Shown here: in pieces, positions 28,586 to 38,486 of the stretch | How the letters are laid out: every line of letters begins with the position of its first letter | How positions within the stretch are numbered: position 1 is the stretch's first letter | IMG/VR virus record: IMGVR_UViG_3300005663_000052 | Span: 1-56,451 of that record | Source of the DNA: a virus | Lineage: Duplodnaviria; Caudoviricetes | Reading direction: 5' to 3' (one strand) | DNA length: 56,451 nt | Position numbers and translations under genes: made by a program | Notes under the pieces: model-generated | Databases searched by the model: none | What the model was told of the DNA's origin: nothing | What the model saw: the letters and a program-made list of their open reading frames with translations, nothing else

Positions 28586-30607
28586 TTAGAATAGTGGTTG
28601 CTGGGTATTGGAGGATATGAGCTTGTATACTGGGTAGGGAGTTTTTCGATTGGGCTTGATTATGGCAGTCTCGCACCACAGCATTTGAGCTAGACCCAGA
28701 TCGATAGCCCGGGACATGCGGTGATCGCCCCAGTGGAGTGCCAAGCGAATTTCTCGTTTGCCACAGCCTGGGAGATTGGGAGTTTGGGATAGATAATCTT
28801 GGATGGTTGCTGTGTCTTCGGCAGTGGTAATGGCGGTTTTTTCTTTACGGTCAGCGGCCCTTTCTTGGGATTTTGCTATGCGGTCGAATTCCTTGGCTTC
28901 TTCGAGTGGGGAGAGTTTGGTTGACCATTTTTCTAGTCCACCGAATTTCTCGGGTGAGAATTCGCCTTCGTCGACGGAGAGGGACCAATGGGAGGAATGG
29001 CCGGCGGAACCGCCAATGACGAAATTCATCTCATGGAGGCCGGGGTGGTATGGGAGTCGGCGGTTGAGAAGGATCCATTGGCGGCACCATTCTCCGATTC
29101 CTGAACCGTGGAGATCTTCGCGTTCGAGGGGTTCTTGGGAGCCGCGATTGGAAAGAAGGCCGGGGCGCTTGATGGTGTGGTGGGCGAGAATCAGCGTGCA
29201 GCCGGTTTTCAGACACATGGAATTTGCGGAACGGAGCATGGCCCCCATTTCATTGAGGGAGGCGGAATTGGCTTCACCGGCCGCTAGATAGAGCGGATCG
29301 AGAATGAGGACGTCGAGGCCGTGTGCGGCTATCAAACGGCCGATGGCGTCGAGGTGGTCTTTTCGGTCGAGTCTGGGGAGAGACTCGCTCAGAAAGAAGC
29401 CTGCGGCGTCTACCGCAGGGTCTAGGCCCTTGGAGTGGCAAATTCGGCGATAGCAGTTCTGGAGGGCAGCCAAGCCGGATTCTCCTGAGAGCAAAGCCAC
29501 TTTCCGTTTTTCGGGAATCCAGAAATGGTCCAGGAATTTCCGACGGCAGGAAATGGAAATGGCCATTTCGACAAGCAGGGAGGTTTTTAGGGATTTGGAT
29601 GGGCCGCCGATGACGCAGGGTTGCTGGGCATAGAGAACTCGATCGATGATGGGGTCGAGCTTGACGTCGGCGGCATGGAGCTGGGGGCCGGAGATGAGTT
29701 CGAACTCTGGTTGTTCGAGGAACTCGCCATGGGAGTCTACTGGCCGAGCGAGCCGGATGGCCCGGTCGACCATTTCTCGGCCGCCAGCGAGCCGGAGGAT
29801 GTCGCGAACGTCATCGCCGTGGCTTGGAGCTAGCGGGCCAGGTAATTGAGCGATGCGTAGCGAGCGGGAGTGACCGGCAAGCATTTTAGCCGTGGTCTTG
29901 GCTCCCTTTTCGCTCGGCTCATCCCGGTCTGGGACGACGATTATGTCAACCCCCTGAAATAGGTGGCAGAACTTGGCTGCCAGGTGATTGGTGTTTAGCC
30001 CGACGGTGTTGAGGTAGCCGAGTGACCAGAGTGCAGCCGCATCCTTGACGCCCTCGACCATGTACCAAGTTTCGCCTGGCTTGGCTCGTTGCCCGGGCCA
30101 GAACAGGCCGGCCGGCATCCCCCTGAGGTTTTTGCCCTTGTCCTGGGGAGAATTGAGCGTGAATCCTGAACAGCGTTCACCGTCGGGGCCGTAGACTGGA
30201 AACTTGATGCCATGGCCATCCTTCTGGAGCACGGCGCCGTAGGCTCGGAAGGCTTCGCCGGTGGTTCCCTTGGCATGGGCCAGGAAGTCGATGGGATCGA
30301 CGGTGTCGAGCAGGTTGGTCCGTTGCTGGCTGTCTGAGGAAGTCTCAAACCCCGCGGCCGCCAGAGCATCCCGACAGGACTCGTCACCCCAGCTCAGTAA
30401 CTTGGCGAACGTGTAGGAACCGCCGCCTTTGCCGCAACTGAAGCAATACCAGAGAGCTTTGTCGATGTGCAGCTTGCACGCATCAGACGTCCCACAGGCA
30501 TGAGGGCAGGTGCCAGCGAGATTGTGGCCTTCGCGACGTTTGGGTTTCCAGGAGAGAGCTTCGGCCAAGCGTTGGCCGGCATTGGCTGGCGGTGGAGAGA
30601 AAGCCAT
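28586..30607 (-). CDS. Primase-helicase (Zn finger + TOPRIM + RepA/AAA_25-like helicase)
   Basis: CP..C..CFSC; VEGVKDA and PDRD; GPSKSLKT Walker A; ILDPLY Walker B; AHH. Confidence 0.9.
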   Translation of the reverse strand: MAFSPPPANAGQRLAEALSWKPKRREGHNLAGTCPHACGTSDACKLHIDKALWYCFSCGKGGGSYTFAKLLSWGDESCRDALAAAGFETSSDSQQRTNLLDTVDPIDFLAHAKGTTGEAFRAYGAVLQKDGHGIKFPVYGPDGERCSGFTLNSPQDKGKNLRGMPAGLFWPGQRAKPGETWYMVEGVKDAAALWSLGYLNTVGLNTNHLAAKFCHLFQGVDIIVVPDRDEPSEKGAKTTAKMLAGHSRSLRIAQLPGPLAPSHGDDVRDILRLAGGREMVDRAIRLARPVDSHGEFLEQPEFELISGPQLHAADVKLDPIIDRVLYAQQPCVIGGPSKSLKTSLLVEMAISISCRRKFLDHFWIPEKRKVALLSGESGLAALQNCYRRICHSKGLDPAVDAAGFFLSESLPRLDRKDHLDAIGRLIAAHGLDVLILDPLYLAAGEANSASLNEMGAMLRSANSMCLKTGCTLILAHHTIKRPGLLSNRGSQEPLEREDLHGSGIGEWCRQWILLNRRLPYHPGLHEMNFVIGGSAGHSSHWSLSVDEGEFSPEKFGGLEKWSTKLSPLEEAKEFDRIAKSQERAADRKEKTAITTAEDTATIQDYLSQTPNLPGCGKREIRLALHWGDHRMSRAIDLGLAQMLWCETAIIKPNRKTPYPVYKLISSNTQQPLF

Positions 30608-30635
30608 TGGGGGAAATCCGTTTCTCTGACATTAC

Positions 30636-30812
30636 TCACTTAGCAGCGTCCTTGGCAGCATCGCGAATTATCTGTGCGTGCTTCGATTGGATTTCGGCAA
30701 ACAGCTCAGCCTCATCCTCATCGTATTTTAGATCATCTAAACCAAACCCTCTACGATTGCTTAGGTCGCACCAAATCTGTGCGGCAGCTTGATCGGCCCA
30801 ATCAGCTTTCAT
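30636..30812 (-). CDS. Hypothetical protein
   Basis: MKADWADQAAAQIWCDLSNRRGF; GGAGG upstream. Confidence 0.5.
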   Translation of the reverse strand: MKADWADQAAAQIWCDLSNRRGFGLDDLKYDEDEAELFAEIQSKHAQIIRDAAKDAAK

Positions 30813-31014
30813 CCCATTTCCTCCTTTGCCTTCTCGGCCTTCTCAGCGGCTTCTCGTTGCAGCTTGCGGACTGCACGCTTATCATTATAAAACTTCCATT
30901 GTCCAAGATCCCTTCGACGGCATTTGGCACAATACCAAAATGGTGTTGCCTCGTAACCCATGTGAGAATTGCCCCACCCTGAAAACCGTAGGAGGACTTG
31001 TTGCAAATCCTCTT

Positions 31015-31533
31015 CTATTCTGCCGGGGGGACAATTCCTTGATTGACACTCACGCATCCTTCCTCCTTTGCCTCATCGGCGGCTTCGCGGATGCTTCGTT
31101 TGTAGCTATCTACGGCACTTCGTAATACCGATATACGGTTTTCGACGGAAGGCCTGCTCTTGCCATCATGCCGTATCCCTAGTTTACAAGCCGCGTGATG
31201 CACCTCTGCGGCTCGCCAGTCCATCGCTAACGCTGCAATGCCCTTCAGTTGCTCATACTGCTTCTCACTAGGTAACTCGTCGACGATGGCCTGGAGTTGT
31301 TCGACCTTCCTGATAACTGCGTCTGGAGCATAGTGGTCTTTGTCCTCACCCCAAAACATCCGACCAATTTGATTGATGTTGCTGCAAAATCTATCGCGAG
31401 CTTTCGTCATTCCGTTAACCTCAGCCTCCAGGCGGGTGATCTCCTCGGCGGCTTCATCGGCCAAGACACTAATAGCCCCCTTCCAGTATTTTGGATCTCC
31501 ATTACACGCTCGAATGCGATGTGGCAAATTCAT
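31015..31533 (-). CDS. Hypothetical coiled-coil protein
   Basis: EAAEEITRLEAE motif; GAGGAGG RBS. Confidence 0.55.
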   Translation of the reverse strand: MNLPHRIRACNGDPKYWKGAISVLADEAAEEITRLEAEVNGMTKARDRFCSNINQIGRMFWGEDKDHYAPDAVIRKVEQLQAIVDELPSEKQYEQLKGIAALAMDWRAAEVHHAACKLGIRHDGKSRPSVENRISVLRSAVDSYKRSIREAADEAKEEGCVSVNQGIVPPAE

Positions 31534-31819
31534 CACGTTTCCTCCTCGGCGGCTTCGCCAGCAGCGGTGTGCGCTTTTGCGTTGCTCACCATTTTCCGTT
31601 TCGACGATCCCTTCCTCCACTCATCCGTCATTTCCCTAGCCATGACACTGGCAATTCTCTCAAAGCGTCTGACGAATTCATGCGTGTCGTGGCCATCGGC
31701 CAGGGCCGGTTGCATCATACGTTCTACGGCAGACCGCAAAGCGAGCACGGCAGGTTTGGAAAAAAATGGGCTTGTCTCTGGACCTGGGCATCGGCGTATG
31801 ACTCACTGCTGATGTCTCT

Positions 31820-32206
31820 CTACCAAAACCAAGCCAGCGACAAAGCACCCAAGATACAGGCAAATAGATCAAACAGGGAATTGAGCACACTGTCTCCACG
31901 ATACCGCGGGTATCCCCAGCTATGCTGCTGGCGAATTCCGAGCTGGCTGTTTTCCCAGAGTTCCCAACAGAATTCCAGGAGCATGGTTACGATAACCAGA
32001 TTGTACGGTAGCGCCGACGCCCCAGACAACAGAAGGCCGGTCTTCAGTGCAGTATAGAAACCCAGCCCGTGGCAGAAATGCGTGAATGTCCAGAGATCGA
32101 CACACCGCTGATCTTCATTCGGCCGCCACCACGGCAGGCGGTAGCCGAATCGCAGGGTCAACAGTAAGGCAACTGGGATGGCGATGGAGATAATGTAGAT
32201 CATCAC
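31820..32206 (-). CDS. DUF2585-like membrane protein
   Basis: DLWTFTHFCHG, WELWEN and YRGDSVLNS.FD motifs. Confidence 0.7.
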   Translation of the reverse strand: MMIYIISIAIPVALLLTLRFGYRLPWWRPNEDQRCVDLWTFTHFCHGLGFYTALKTGLLLSGASALPYNLVIVTMLLEFCWELWENSQLGIRQQHSWGYPRYRGDSVLNSLFDLFACILGALSLAWFW

Positions 32207-32791
32207 TCACCCAACTTTCGCCAGCGTAGGTTTCTCAACCCCAGGCAACAAAGGCTGGCTCCTGGCCTCGATCGCCGTGGCCGCGAACTGCTCGACGTCC
32301 GCCTTGTAATAACCGAATTTCGCCACCACCTCGTTGAACTCTTCGATGTCGTGTTTCCTCAATCGAAAACACGTCCGCTTCTTGTCGTCCATTTTTGGTT
32401 CACCGTCGGTATCCTTGGCAATTTCCAAATGGCACAGCTCGTGGAAAATCACGGCTTCCTGTTGCTGGTCATTCAGAATGCCCTTGTTGAATGCCTCGTG
32501 GTTGAGTAGCATGACGGCATCGTAGGCGTCACTCGGCAAATCCCGTTGGAACTCCGAAGCCAGGGACATCGTCCCCAGCTTCAGCTTGCCATCTGCGTCC
32601 GCCCGCCAACCCATCCGCCAGGCAATGGCAATTTGAGCGTCCGCCAAATCCTTCCGATGGCTCTTGATTAGACTTTCCATGATGCGGTAGGGACTACGGA
32701 CTTTGCCGGCGTGCAGCCGTGCCAGGAAATGGACGGCCACTGCCTTGCGTTTCTTCTCGGCCGTTTTGTCTTTTTTGCGGCGACGTGCCAT
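32207..32791 (-). CDS. Putative phage metallopeptidase
   Basis: HELCH zincin motif plus RKHDIEEF..VV.KFG. Confidence 0.8.
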   Translation of the reverse strand: MARRRKKDKTAEKKRKAVAVHFLARLHAGKVRSPYRIMESLIKSHRKDLADAQIAIAWRMGWRADADGKLKLGTMSLASEFQRDLPSDAYDAVMLLNHEAFNKGILNDQQQEAVIFHELCHLEIAKDTDGEPKMDDKKRTCFRLRKHDIEEFNEVVAKFGYYKADVEQFAATAIEARSQPLLPGVEKPTLAKVG

Positions 32792-32827
32792 GGCTCAATC
32801 CTCCATGGAAAAGTAGGGGGTTGTCCG

Positions 32828-33019
32828 CTAGGTTGCGGATGCTTCCGTCTTTATCATTTTGTCAGTTTCAGATATTCGATCATCTCGGACTTCCAAAAGC
32901 TCAATTCCTTTTGCCCTCAATACGCATTGCCCATTGACGCAAACCCAGACTCGCTGCCCATCAGCAGAAATCTGAAGCCCCAGGCACTCCACGTCAAAGA
33001 ATTCCTGATTCATTGCCAC
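32828..33019 (-). CDS. Hypothetical protein
   Basis: AAGGAG RBS; DGQRVWVCVNG..LRA. Confidence 0.5.
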   Translation of the reverse strand: MAMNQEFFDVECLGLQISADGQRVWVCVNGQCVLRAKGIELLEVRDDRISETDKMIKTEASAT

Positions 33020-33231
33020 ACCACTCCTTTCTCAGTCAGTGTTAATTGCCGGTACCGAATTTCCAGAAACTCAACACAATCCGCAGTCGCATGGGTCACT
33101 TGGATAGTTGCAATAGGATTTGTGGGTAGTACGCCTTTCTCGTTTGTTGTCTACTTCACAGCCACATGGTTCGGATGGGTAGCCGCACGAACTTGCATGT
33201 GAAACGTGGCCCACTCGCTTTTGCTGTTCTC

Positions 33232-34482
33232 TTAATTCTTTTTCAGTTCTTGCCATGATATCCCTTTCTTTGAAACAGTGAATCGTCGGCACCGAATGTG
33301 GCTCGACGTTCCTTCGGTATAGTAAATCACCAGCACACTCCCATCCCTGCAAGTCACGAAACAAGGATACGCACCGCCGCAAGAATCAATCTGGATCGGC
33401 CCCTTCCACGTCTTGCACTCGTCGAGAGAATAGTGGAGGGCCGTGGCGGGGACGCGGTGGGCGAGAAGGATGGCAGTTGGATGCTTCGGGACTATGGCCA
33501 CTTGCCCAGGTTCGGTGGATTTCTCCCCTCTGCCTTTTTCCACATCCAACTGCACCCGATGCAACACCGGACAGTGCAAAGGAAATCCAATATCCTCAGC
33601 CACCGTCCAATTCTTTCCGTCGTTGCTGGTGCTGTAGTGGCCGTTGCAGTTGTGGCCACGCATGACGGCGTAAAAACGAGCCGGTGCAGGACTGGGGTTC
33701 CCGGTTTGGCTTTTGCCAAGCGACGGTGCATCCGCTACGCTGCCAACGCCTGCGGACCCAGGGGGTTCACCACAACTCTCCCCCGTGGTTAATTCACGGC
33801 TCTGCACCAACTCGATAATATCCGTCTCAGCATCCAAATGCTTCCCACCATTCGGAATGTCGAACACCTGCCAGGTCTTGCCGTTGTCGGCCGAGCGAAT
33901 GACGTATGGCTGGTCGATGTGGTAGCTGCCGAGCATCAACAGGCCGTTGCCGAAATCGCGGACCGGGGAACTGGTGCCGGCGTCGTGCTGGAGTTTGCGG
34001 ACATGGCGGGAGTTGAACGTCTTTTGACTCAACGGGAGAATGAAAGTACCCGGGTTTGTTCGGGCCGCGGACGAACCGCCATCCCGTGTTTCAACTCCCG
34101 CCACAATCTCCGCAATATACACCCCATCCCCCGTCAACACCGGCACCGTCCCCAGCCGAAAATAGCTGAGCATCAACCGGCCGTCCCTCAGCAAGCTGAT
34201 GCTGGGGTCTCGGTCGTCTTCCTCTGTGTCCAGCAGCATGGCCGGCTCGCTCCACGTCCGCCCCTCATCACCGGAAATCGTGTAGGCGATCGCCCCGCCA
34301 CCTTTCCGCTGGTCCGTCCGTGTGACGTGGCCAGTCCCGTTGTAAAATACCACGATGATTCGGCCGTCGGCCATTCGACAGGCGCCGGGGAATGCACAGT
34401 ACGTGCCGGCGGGGCCGTGGTTGGCGACGGTCGTGTAGTTTTGGCTGCCGAGTAGGCAGGTGAGTAGGGCGAGTAGTTTCAT
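33232..34482 (-). CDS. Sialidase-like BNR/Asp-box beta-propeller with signal peptide
   Basis: Four Asp boxes (SGDEGRTW, SADNGKTW, SNDGKNW, SLDECKTW); AFP, DDRDP and GAYP motifs. Confidence 0.85.
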   Translation of the reverse strand: MKLLALLTCLLGSQNYTTVANHGPAGTYCAFPGACRMADGRIIVVFYNGTGHVTRTDQRKGGGAIAYTISGDEGRTWSEPAMLLDTEEDDRDPSISLLRDGRLMLSYFRLGTVPVLTGDGVYIAEIVAGVETRDGGSSAARTNPGTFILPLSQKTFNSRHVRKLQHDAGTSSPVRDFGNGLLMLGSYHIDQPYVIRSADNGKTWQVFDIPNGGKHLDAETDIIELVQSRELTTGESCGEPPGSAGVGSVADAPSLGKSQTGNPSPAPARFYAVMRGHNCNGHYSTSNDGKNWTVAEDIGFPLHCPVLHRVQLDVEKGRGEKSTEPGQVAIVPKHPTAILLAHRVPATALHYSLDECKTWKGPIQIDSCGGAYPCFVTCRDGSVLVIYYTEGTSSHIRCRRFTVSKKGISWQELKKN

Positions 34483-34706
34483 TGTTCCCTCGTTTCTAGC
34501 ATTGCGTCGGCCAAAATGTAGGCTGCCTTGGAAATGTGTTCCGTCTCCCAGTCGTGTGCGAAAAGTTGATGTCTACCAATGCAACTAGATAATCCCGTCA
34601 ATGCCTGCCCCGCAAACCAATCGCGAAGGGACATTCCCGAATGGCTACAGTCAGCGGCGTTAGCCGCCGTTCTTGGAAAAGCATGCCCACCATCTTTTTG
34701 ATTCAT
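34479..34706 (-). CDS. Phage GMSLRDWFA family protein
   Basis: GGHAFP...GMSLRDWFAGQAL...AY.LADAML. Confidence 0.75.
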   Translation of the reverse strand: MNQKDGGHAFPRTAANAADCSHSGMSLRDWFAGQALTGLSSCIGRHQLFAHDWETEHISKAAYILADAMLETREQ

Positions 34707-35110
34707 TGCACTTCCCCTCCATTTCGAGTGGCCTCAACAGCAAAATACTTCGTCTGGATTTCCTCGAAAAACGGTAGCCCGTAGCCGTGGTAATTGTCGT
34801 GATGCTGCAAGGGATCGTCAAGAATCCACAGCCACATCTTGACGACTTCATACATCAGGCTGGCCGAGATTCCCCGTTGCCCTTCCGCTTTCTCGATTCC
34901 GAAATTCAAGTCAGATTCAAGTTGAGCCAAGAGTTCTTCTCTTGCCCAGGGTTTCAGAGTACATGTTTCTTCTCCTGGTAATGCAAAACCAAACGGCTCC
35001 CATTGGTCACTCTCGAAAAACAAAACCAAGCGAGCATAATCTCGGCCATCAAGGCATTGCGACTCTCTGCCGTTTCGCACTGCTTCCAAAACTGCCTCTT
35101 TGGTTTTCAT
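34703..35110 (-). CDS. Hypothetical protein
   Basis: QRGISASLMYEVV motif; flanked by a 22-bp direct repeat. Confidence 0.6.
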   Translation of the reverse strand: MKTKEAVLEAVRNGRESQCLDGRDYARLVLFFESDQWEPFGFALPGEETCTLKPWAREELLAQLESDLNFGIEKAEGQRGISASLMYEVVKMWLWILDDPLQHHDNYHGYGLPFFEEIQTKYFAVEATRNGGEVQ

Positions 35111-36015
35111 GGAATTTCCCCTCCATTTCGAGTGGCCAGTTTCCTCAAAACCCCAATCCCCATCTTGTCCCCCAAAAACTCCACATGGCCGTCGGCATAC
35201 AAAAACTCCACGCCCCCATCATGCCGACTGCTGAAAAAGATATCGTTGAACAAACAGTTCTGATCCGCCCGAGCGTGATTGTACTTCCGCTCTTCCGGAT
35301 CAGTATTGAGTGGCCACGTCACATTCTTGCAACTGAACACGCAGACGTGGTTGTCAATCCCGTAGATGTCCGTTCGATAAGCCCCCGCCGTCCACACTCT
35401 CAACCAGTTGATTTGCTCGCCGACGGCCAGGGTGTTGCTCGCACCGTCATGGGTATCGGCGATTCGCACACCGGACAGTGGATACAAGATTCCGTCGGTG
35501 TGATACCCGCCACAGTGACTTGTTTCGAGTAAGCGAAATTCCGCAGCCCCAGCGACACCGCAATAATTTGCAGTCCGCCATCGGAAGACTGTTTGCATGT
35601 GCGGGTCGAACGGCTGCCGCCCATCGCTGGGACATTCGTATCCTGGGATCCTGGTGGAGGACAACCGATTGTCCAGGCCATTGCAGATCGAATCATCGAA
35701 ATCAAACGCATCGTGTCGCCCCCTTTCATCGAGAAATGGAAGGATGAGAACTCGCCAGCCTTCTCGGGTGCCCGTGGGTGTGCCGTAGGGCCCGCCTGTT
35801 GATGTGAGAAAACCAACGGCAGCTCCGCATGGGAATGATTCGTGGGCTTCGTGGTAGCTGTGGAGAGCCAGGCCGATTTGTTTGAGGTTGTTGGAGCATT
35901 GGGCCATGCGGGCGGATTCCCGGGCTGATTGGACTGCGGGGAGTAGGAGAGCGAGCAGGACGCCGATGATGGCGACTACTACTAGGAGTTCGATTAGAGT
36001 GAATGCTTTCTTCAC
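35107..36015 (-). CDS. DUF1559 family prepilin-type N-terminal protein
   Basis: AFTLIELLVVVAIIGVLLALLLPAVQSARESAR..CSNNLKQIGLA; DGASNT; H.GG..FLYADGHV. Confidence 0.95.
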   Translation of the reverse strand: MKKAFTLIELLVVVAIIGVLLALLLPAVQSARESARMAQCSNNLKQIGLALHSYHEAHESFPCGAAVGFLTSTGGPYGTPTGTREGWRVLILPFLDERGRHDAFDFDDSICNGLDNRLSSTRIPGYECPSDGRQPFDPHMQTVFRWRTANYCGVAGAAEFRLLETSHCGGYHTDGILYPLSGVRIADTHDGASNTLAVGEQINWLRVWTAGAYRTDIYGIDNHVCVFSCKNVTWPLNTDPEERKYNHARADQNCLFNDIFFSSRHDGGVEFLYADGHVEFLGDKMGIGVLRKLATRNGGEIP

Positions 36016-36320
36016 AACTCCAAGTCCTCCAGTAACTTTGTCATTTGCAAGCCGTGAATATACAGAGCATCCCAGCGGCCTTCTGTGCCCATGCATGCCC
36101 ACCAGCCATTCAATTTCATTTTGTAAAATCTGGCTTTCAGGTCGGCTGGCGAACTTCTGTCAAGACAAAATGATTCGTAGCCCGTGACACCGCCCTTAGC
36201 GAGCCACACGGCTCTGTCTGCTTCTGAGTCAGTCCGTACTTCTACTTGAATGTCTACAACTCGCGGCTCGCCTGTTCGACAATCAAACCGCACGCCTTGG
36301 ATGGTTGTTGTTTCCATCAT
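36012..36320 (-). CDS. Hypothetical protein
   Basis: GGAGG RBS; GGVTGYESF motif. Confidence 0.55.
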   Translation of the reverse strand: MMETTTIQGVRFDCRTGEPRVVDIQVEVRTDSEADRAVWLAKGGVTGYESFCLDRSSPADLKARFYKMKLNGWWACMGTEGRWDALYIHGLQMTKLLEDLEL

Positions 36321-37666
36321 TTCCTCCCCGCCCACGCGGCCGTAAGTTGCACCGCCAACCCCAACGGACTGGCCAGTAGAAACGTAATCCCCGAAAAGTA
36401 AGTCACGTAAACCACCACGGCCAGGCAGAGAAAGCAACCCAGCCATACCATACGCACGCGGGCACGCGGGATAAAGAGAGCTGTCAACATCAACCCGCCG
36501 AGCGGCGTGGCCAGCAGATTGACAACCTTGTAGCACAGCTCGAAAAGGTTGCCTTCGATAACCCCGATGATTTGAGAGAGAATGAAAATGATGATGCCAA
36601 GGCCGACGGTGGCAAGGATGGTAATTCCCTGAGAACTACGCCTAGCAATCATGGGTTGAAACCAATCACTCGCCACCGTCGACACACACGAATTGATACC
36701 GCTAGAAAGACTACTCATGGCCGCCGAAAGCAAAGCTGCCACAATCAACCCACTGACGCCCACGGGGAGCCCCGCCCCAACGATTCGGGGGAACAAATCG
36801 TCCGCAACCGAGACGGGGCTCGACCCATGGGCCATCAGACAGCACACACCAACGCACGCGAGCAAGCCTGTCAACAGACAGTCCAACGCAAATCCCCCGA
36901 AGAGAACCTGCCGGGCCTGGCGTGAATCGGCCACTGCCAAAAACCGCTGGGCATTCATTTGGTCGTCCGTTTTCACGCAAATGCCGAGCGAAAGCGATCC
37001 CACGATTGCCGTGACTACTGAAGCCCGTGCCCACGGATCGCAGAATTTGAGCACAGGCCAATCTACGTGAAAGGGCGCATTTTGCCCATTCCACACCACC
37101 TCCTTTCCAGCGATCAAAATGACAGCGACAGCCCCGCCAAACATGACCGCCGCCTGAATGCAATCAGTCAAGCCAACCATTATCACAGCGAGTGTCCAGG
37201 TTGTTGCTCGATTACTGCGACCAAAGACAATCGGGGACAGAATCACACTTGATGCAATGTGGACTATCATGGCCATCCAAGCAACCCTCATGGCCAGAAA
37301 CAACGCCGATGCAAACCGCCCCAAAAAAACTCCAAATTTTTTCTCGATGATTTTGTAGGCCGAAACCGTTTGCGAAAACCGTAGGCGGGGAATGACTTTC
37401 CAGCCGACGAACCAAAGGGCAAAAGGGGCTGCCAACAGGCCAACGTAAACGCCCGGGCCGTTGGCTGCCACTTCCCCTGGGATGGCCGTGTAGCTGATTA
37501 CCGAGAACCACGAGACAAACAACGATGCCGCCACCGGCAACGGACCCATCCGTCGGCCGCCGAGAAAGAAATCATCGGCAGTGCGGTTCCGTTGCTGGTA
37601 CCATCTGCCAATCATCAGGACTGCCAGGCAGTAGCTCGCGATAATCAGATAATCCAACCAACTCAT
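36317..37666 (-). CDS. Sodium:solute symporter (SSS family)
   Basis: DFFLGGR, DQ..QRFL, GLIVAALLSAAMSSLSSGINS; many TM helices. Confidence 0.9.
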   Translation of the reverse strand: MSWLDYLIIASYCLAVLMIGRWYQQRNRTADDFFLGGRRMGPLPVAASLFVSWFSVISYTAIPGEVAANGPGVYVGLLAAPFALWFVGWKVIPRLRFSQTVSAYKIIEKKFGVFLGRFASALFLAMRVAWMAMIVHIASSVILSPIVFGRSNRATTWTLAVIMVGLTDCIQAAVMFGGAVAVILIAGKEVVWNGQNAPFHVDWPVLKFCDPWARASVVTAIVGSLSLGICVKTDDQMNAQRFLAVADSRQARQVLFGGFALDCLLTGLLACVGVCCLMAHGSSPVSVADDLFPRIVGAGLPVGVSGLIVAALLSAAMSSLSSGINSCVSTVASDWFQPMIARRSSQGITILATVGLGIIIFILSQIIGVIEGNLFELCYKVVNLLATPLGGLMLTALFIPRARVRMVWLGCFLCLAVVVYVTYFSGITFLLASPLGLAVQLTAAWAGRK

Positions 37667-37869
37667 TCCGGATCTTCCTCTTGGCGAAACGGCACAGGTA
37701 CTTCCTCGTTTCCAACCAGTACATCAATGACCATTTTGATTCCGGCTGGTGTGTGTTCGACCGCCTCCAGCGTTTGCCGAAGTCGTTGTTCCACTGTCTT
37801 TCCGTCAATGACGCCGAAAATCTCGTGTTCGCCGGCAACAATCAGACAGACAATTCGCTTGGCTTTCAT
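37663..37869 (-). CDS. Hypothetical protein
   Basis: Coupled ATGA overlaps. Confidence 0.45.
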   Translation of the reverse strand: MKAKRIVCLIVAGEHEIFGVIDGKTVEQRLRQTLEAVEHTPAGIKMVIDVLVGNEEVPVPFRQEEDPE

Positions 37870-38486
37870 TTCTGACTCGCAATGAATTCCATCAGAGCCT
37901 CGGAAATCCTCTTCTCCCGGGCTTCCGTGATCCGTTCCAGTCCAGAGAGATTCCCGTTGTTCTCGTGGTAGGCGGCCAAGTCTCCGACTGTCTCGAATCC
38001 ATTGTGCTTTGTCAGTGCAGTTTCAATCACCGACGACAATTTCAACACGGAAATAGGTGCCTTTGCCCAGCCAGCATTCTTCGGACTGATTTTCACCGTC
38101 GGGGCAGGTGCCATCAAGTCGGGTGATTCGGCAACCAGTCGGCCGAGTTCCGTGTAGGCAGCATCAATCTTCCCGCGAATCTCGTTGGCTTGATCCAGCA
38201 GGTTTTTTTCCTTGACCTGCAAATTCCGCACCTTCGCACGTGCTCTTTCTGCGGACGCCAGAAACTTCGGTAGCTGGGCTGCCGGTTGCTCGGGTTGCTG
38301 GGTGGGTGGTGCTGGCTCTGATTCTGGTTCTGTCTCGGGTTCGGGTTCTGGCTCGGGTTCGGGCGCCGCGGCCTCTGGTGCCGTTTCCGGCTCCGCTCCA
38401 TCCGCAACCTCATTCCAAGTTTCCAACTCGCCAGACTTCTCGGGCTTTTCCGTCTTCACTTCACTTGCGTCCAGTTCGATTCCCAT
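37866..38486 (-). CDS. Hypothetical protein; Pro/Glu linker and C-terminal RNAP alpha-CTD-like region
   Basis: PISVLKLS..IETAL...FETVGDL; starts at the ERCC4 gene stop. Confidence 0.55.
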   Translation of the reverse strand: MGIELDASEVKTEKPEKSGELETWNEVADGAEPETAPEAAAPEPEPEPEPETEPESEPAPPTQQPEQPAAQLPKFLASAERARAKVRNLQVKEKNLLDQANEIRGKIDAAYTELGRLVAESPDLMAPAPTVKISPKNAGWAKAPISVLKLSSVIETALTKHNGFETVGDLAAYHENNGNLSGLERITEAREKRISEALMEFIASQK

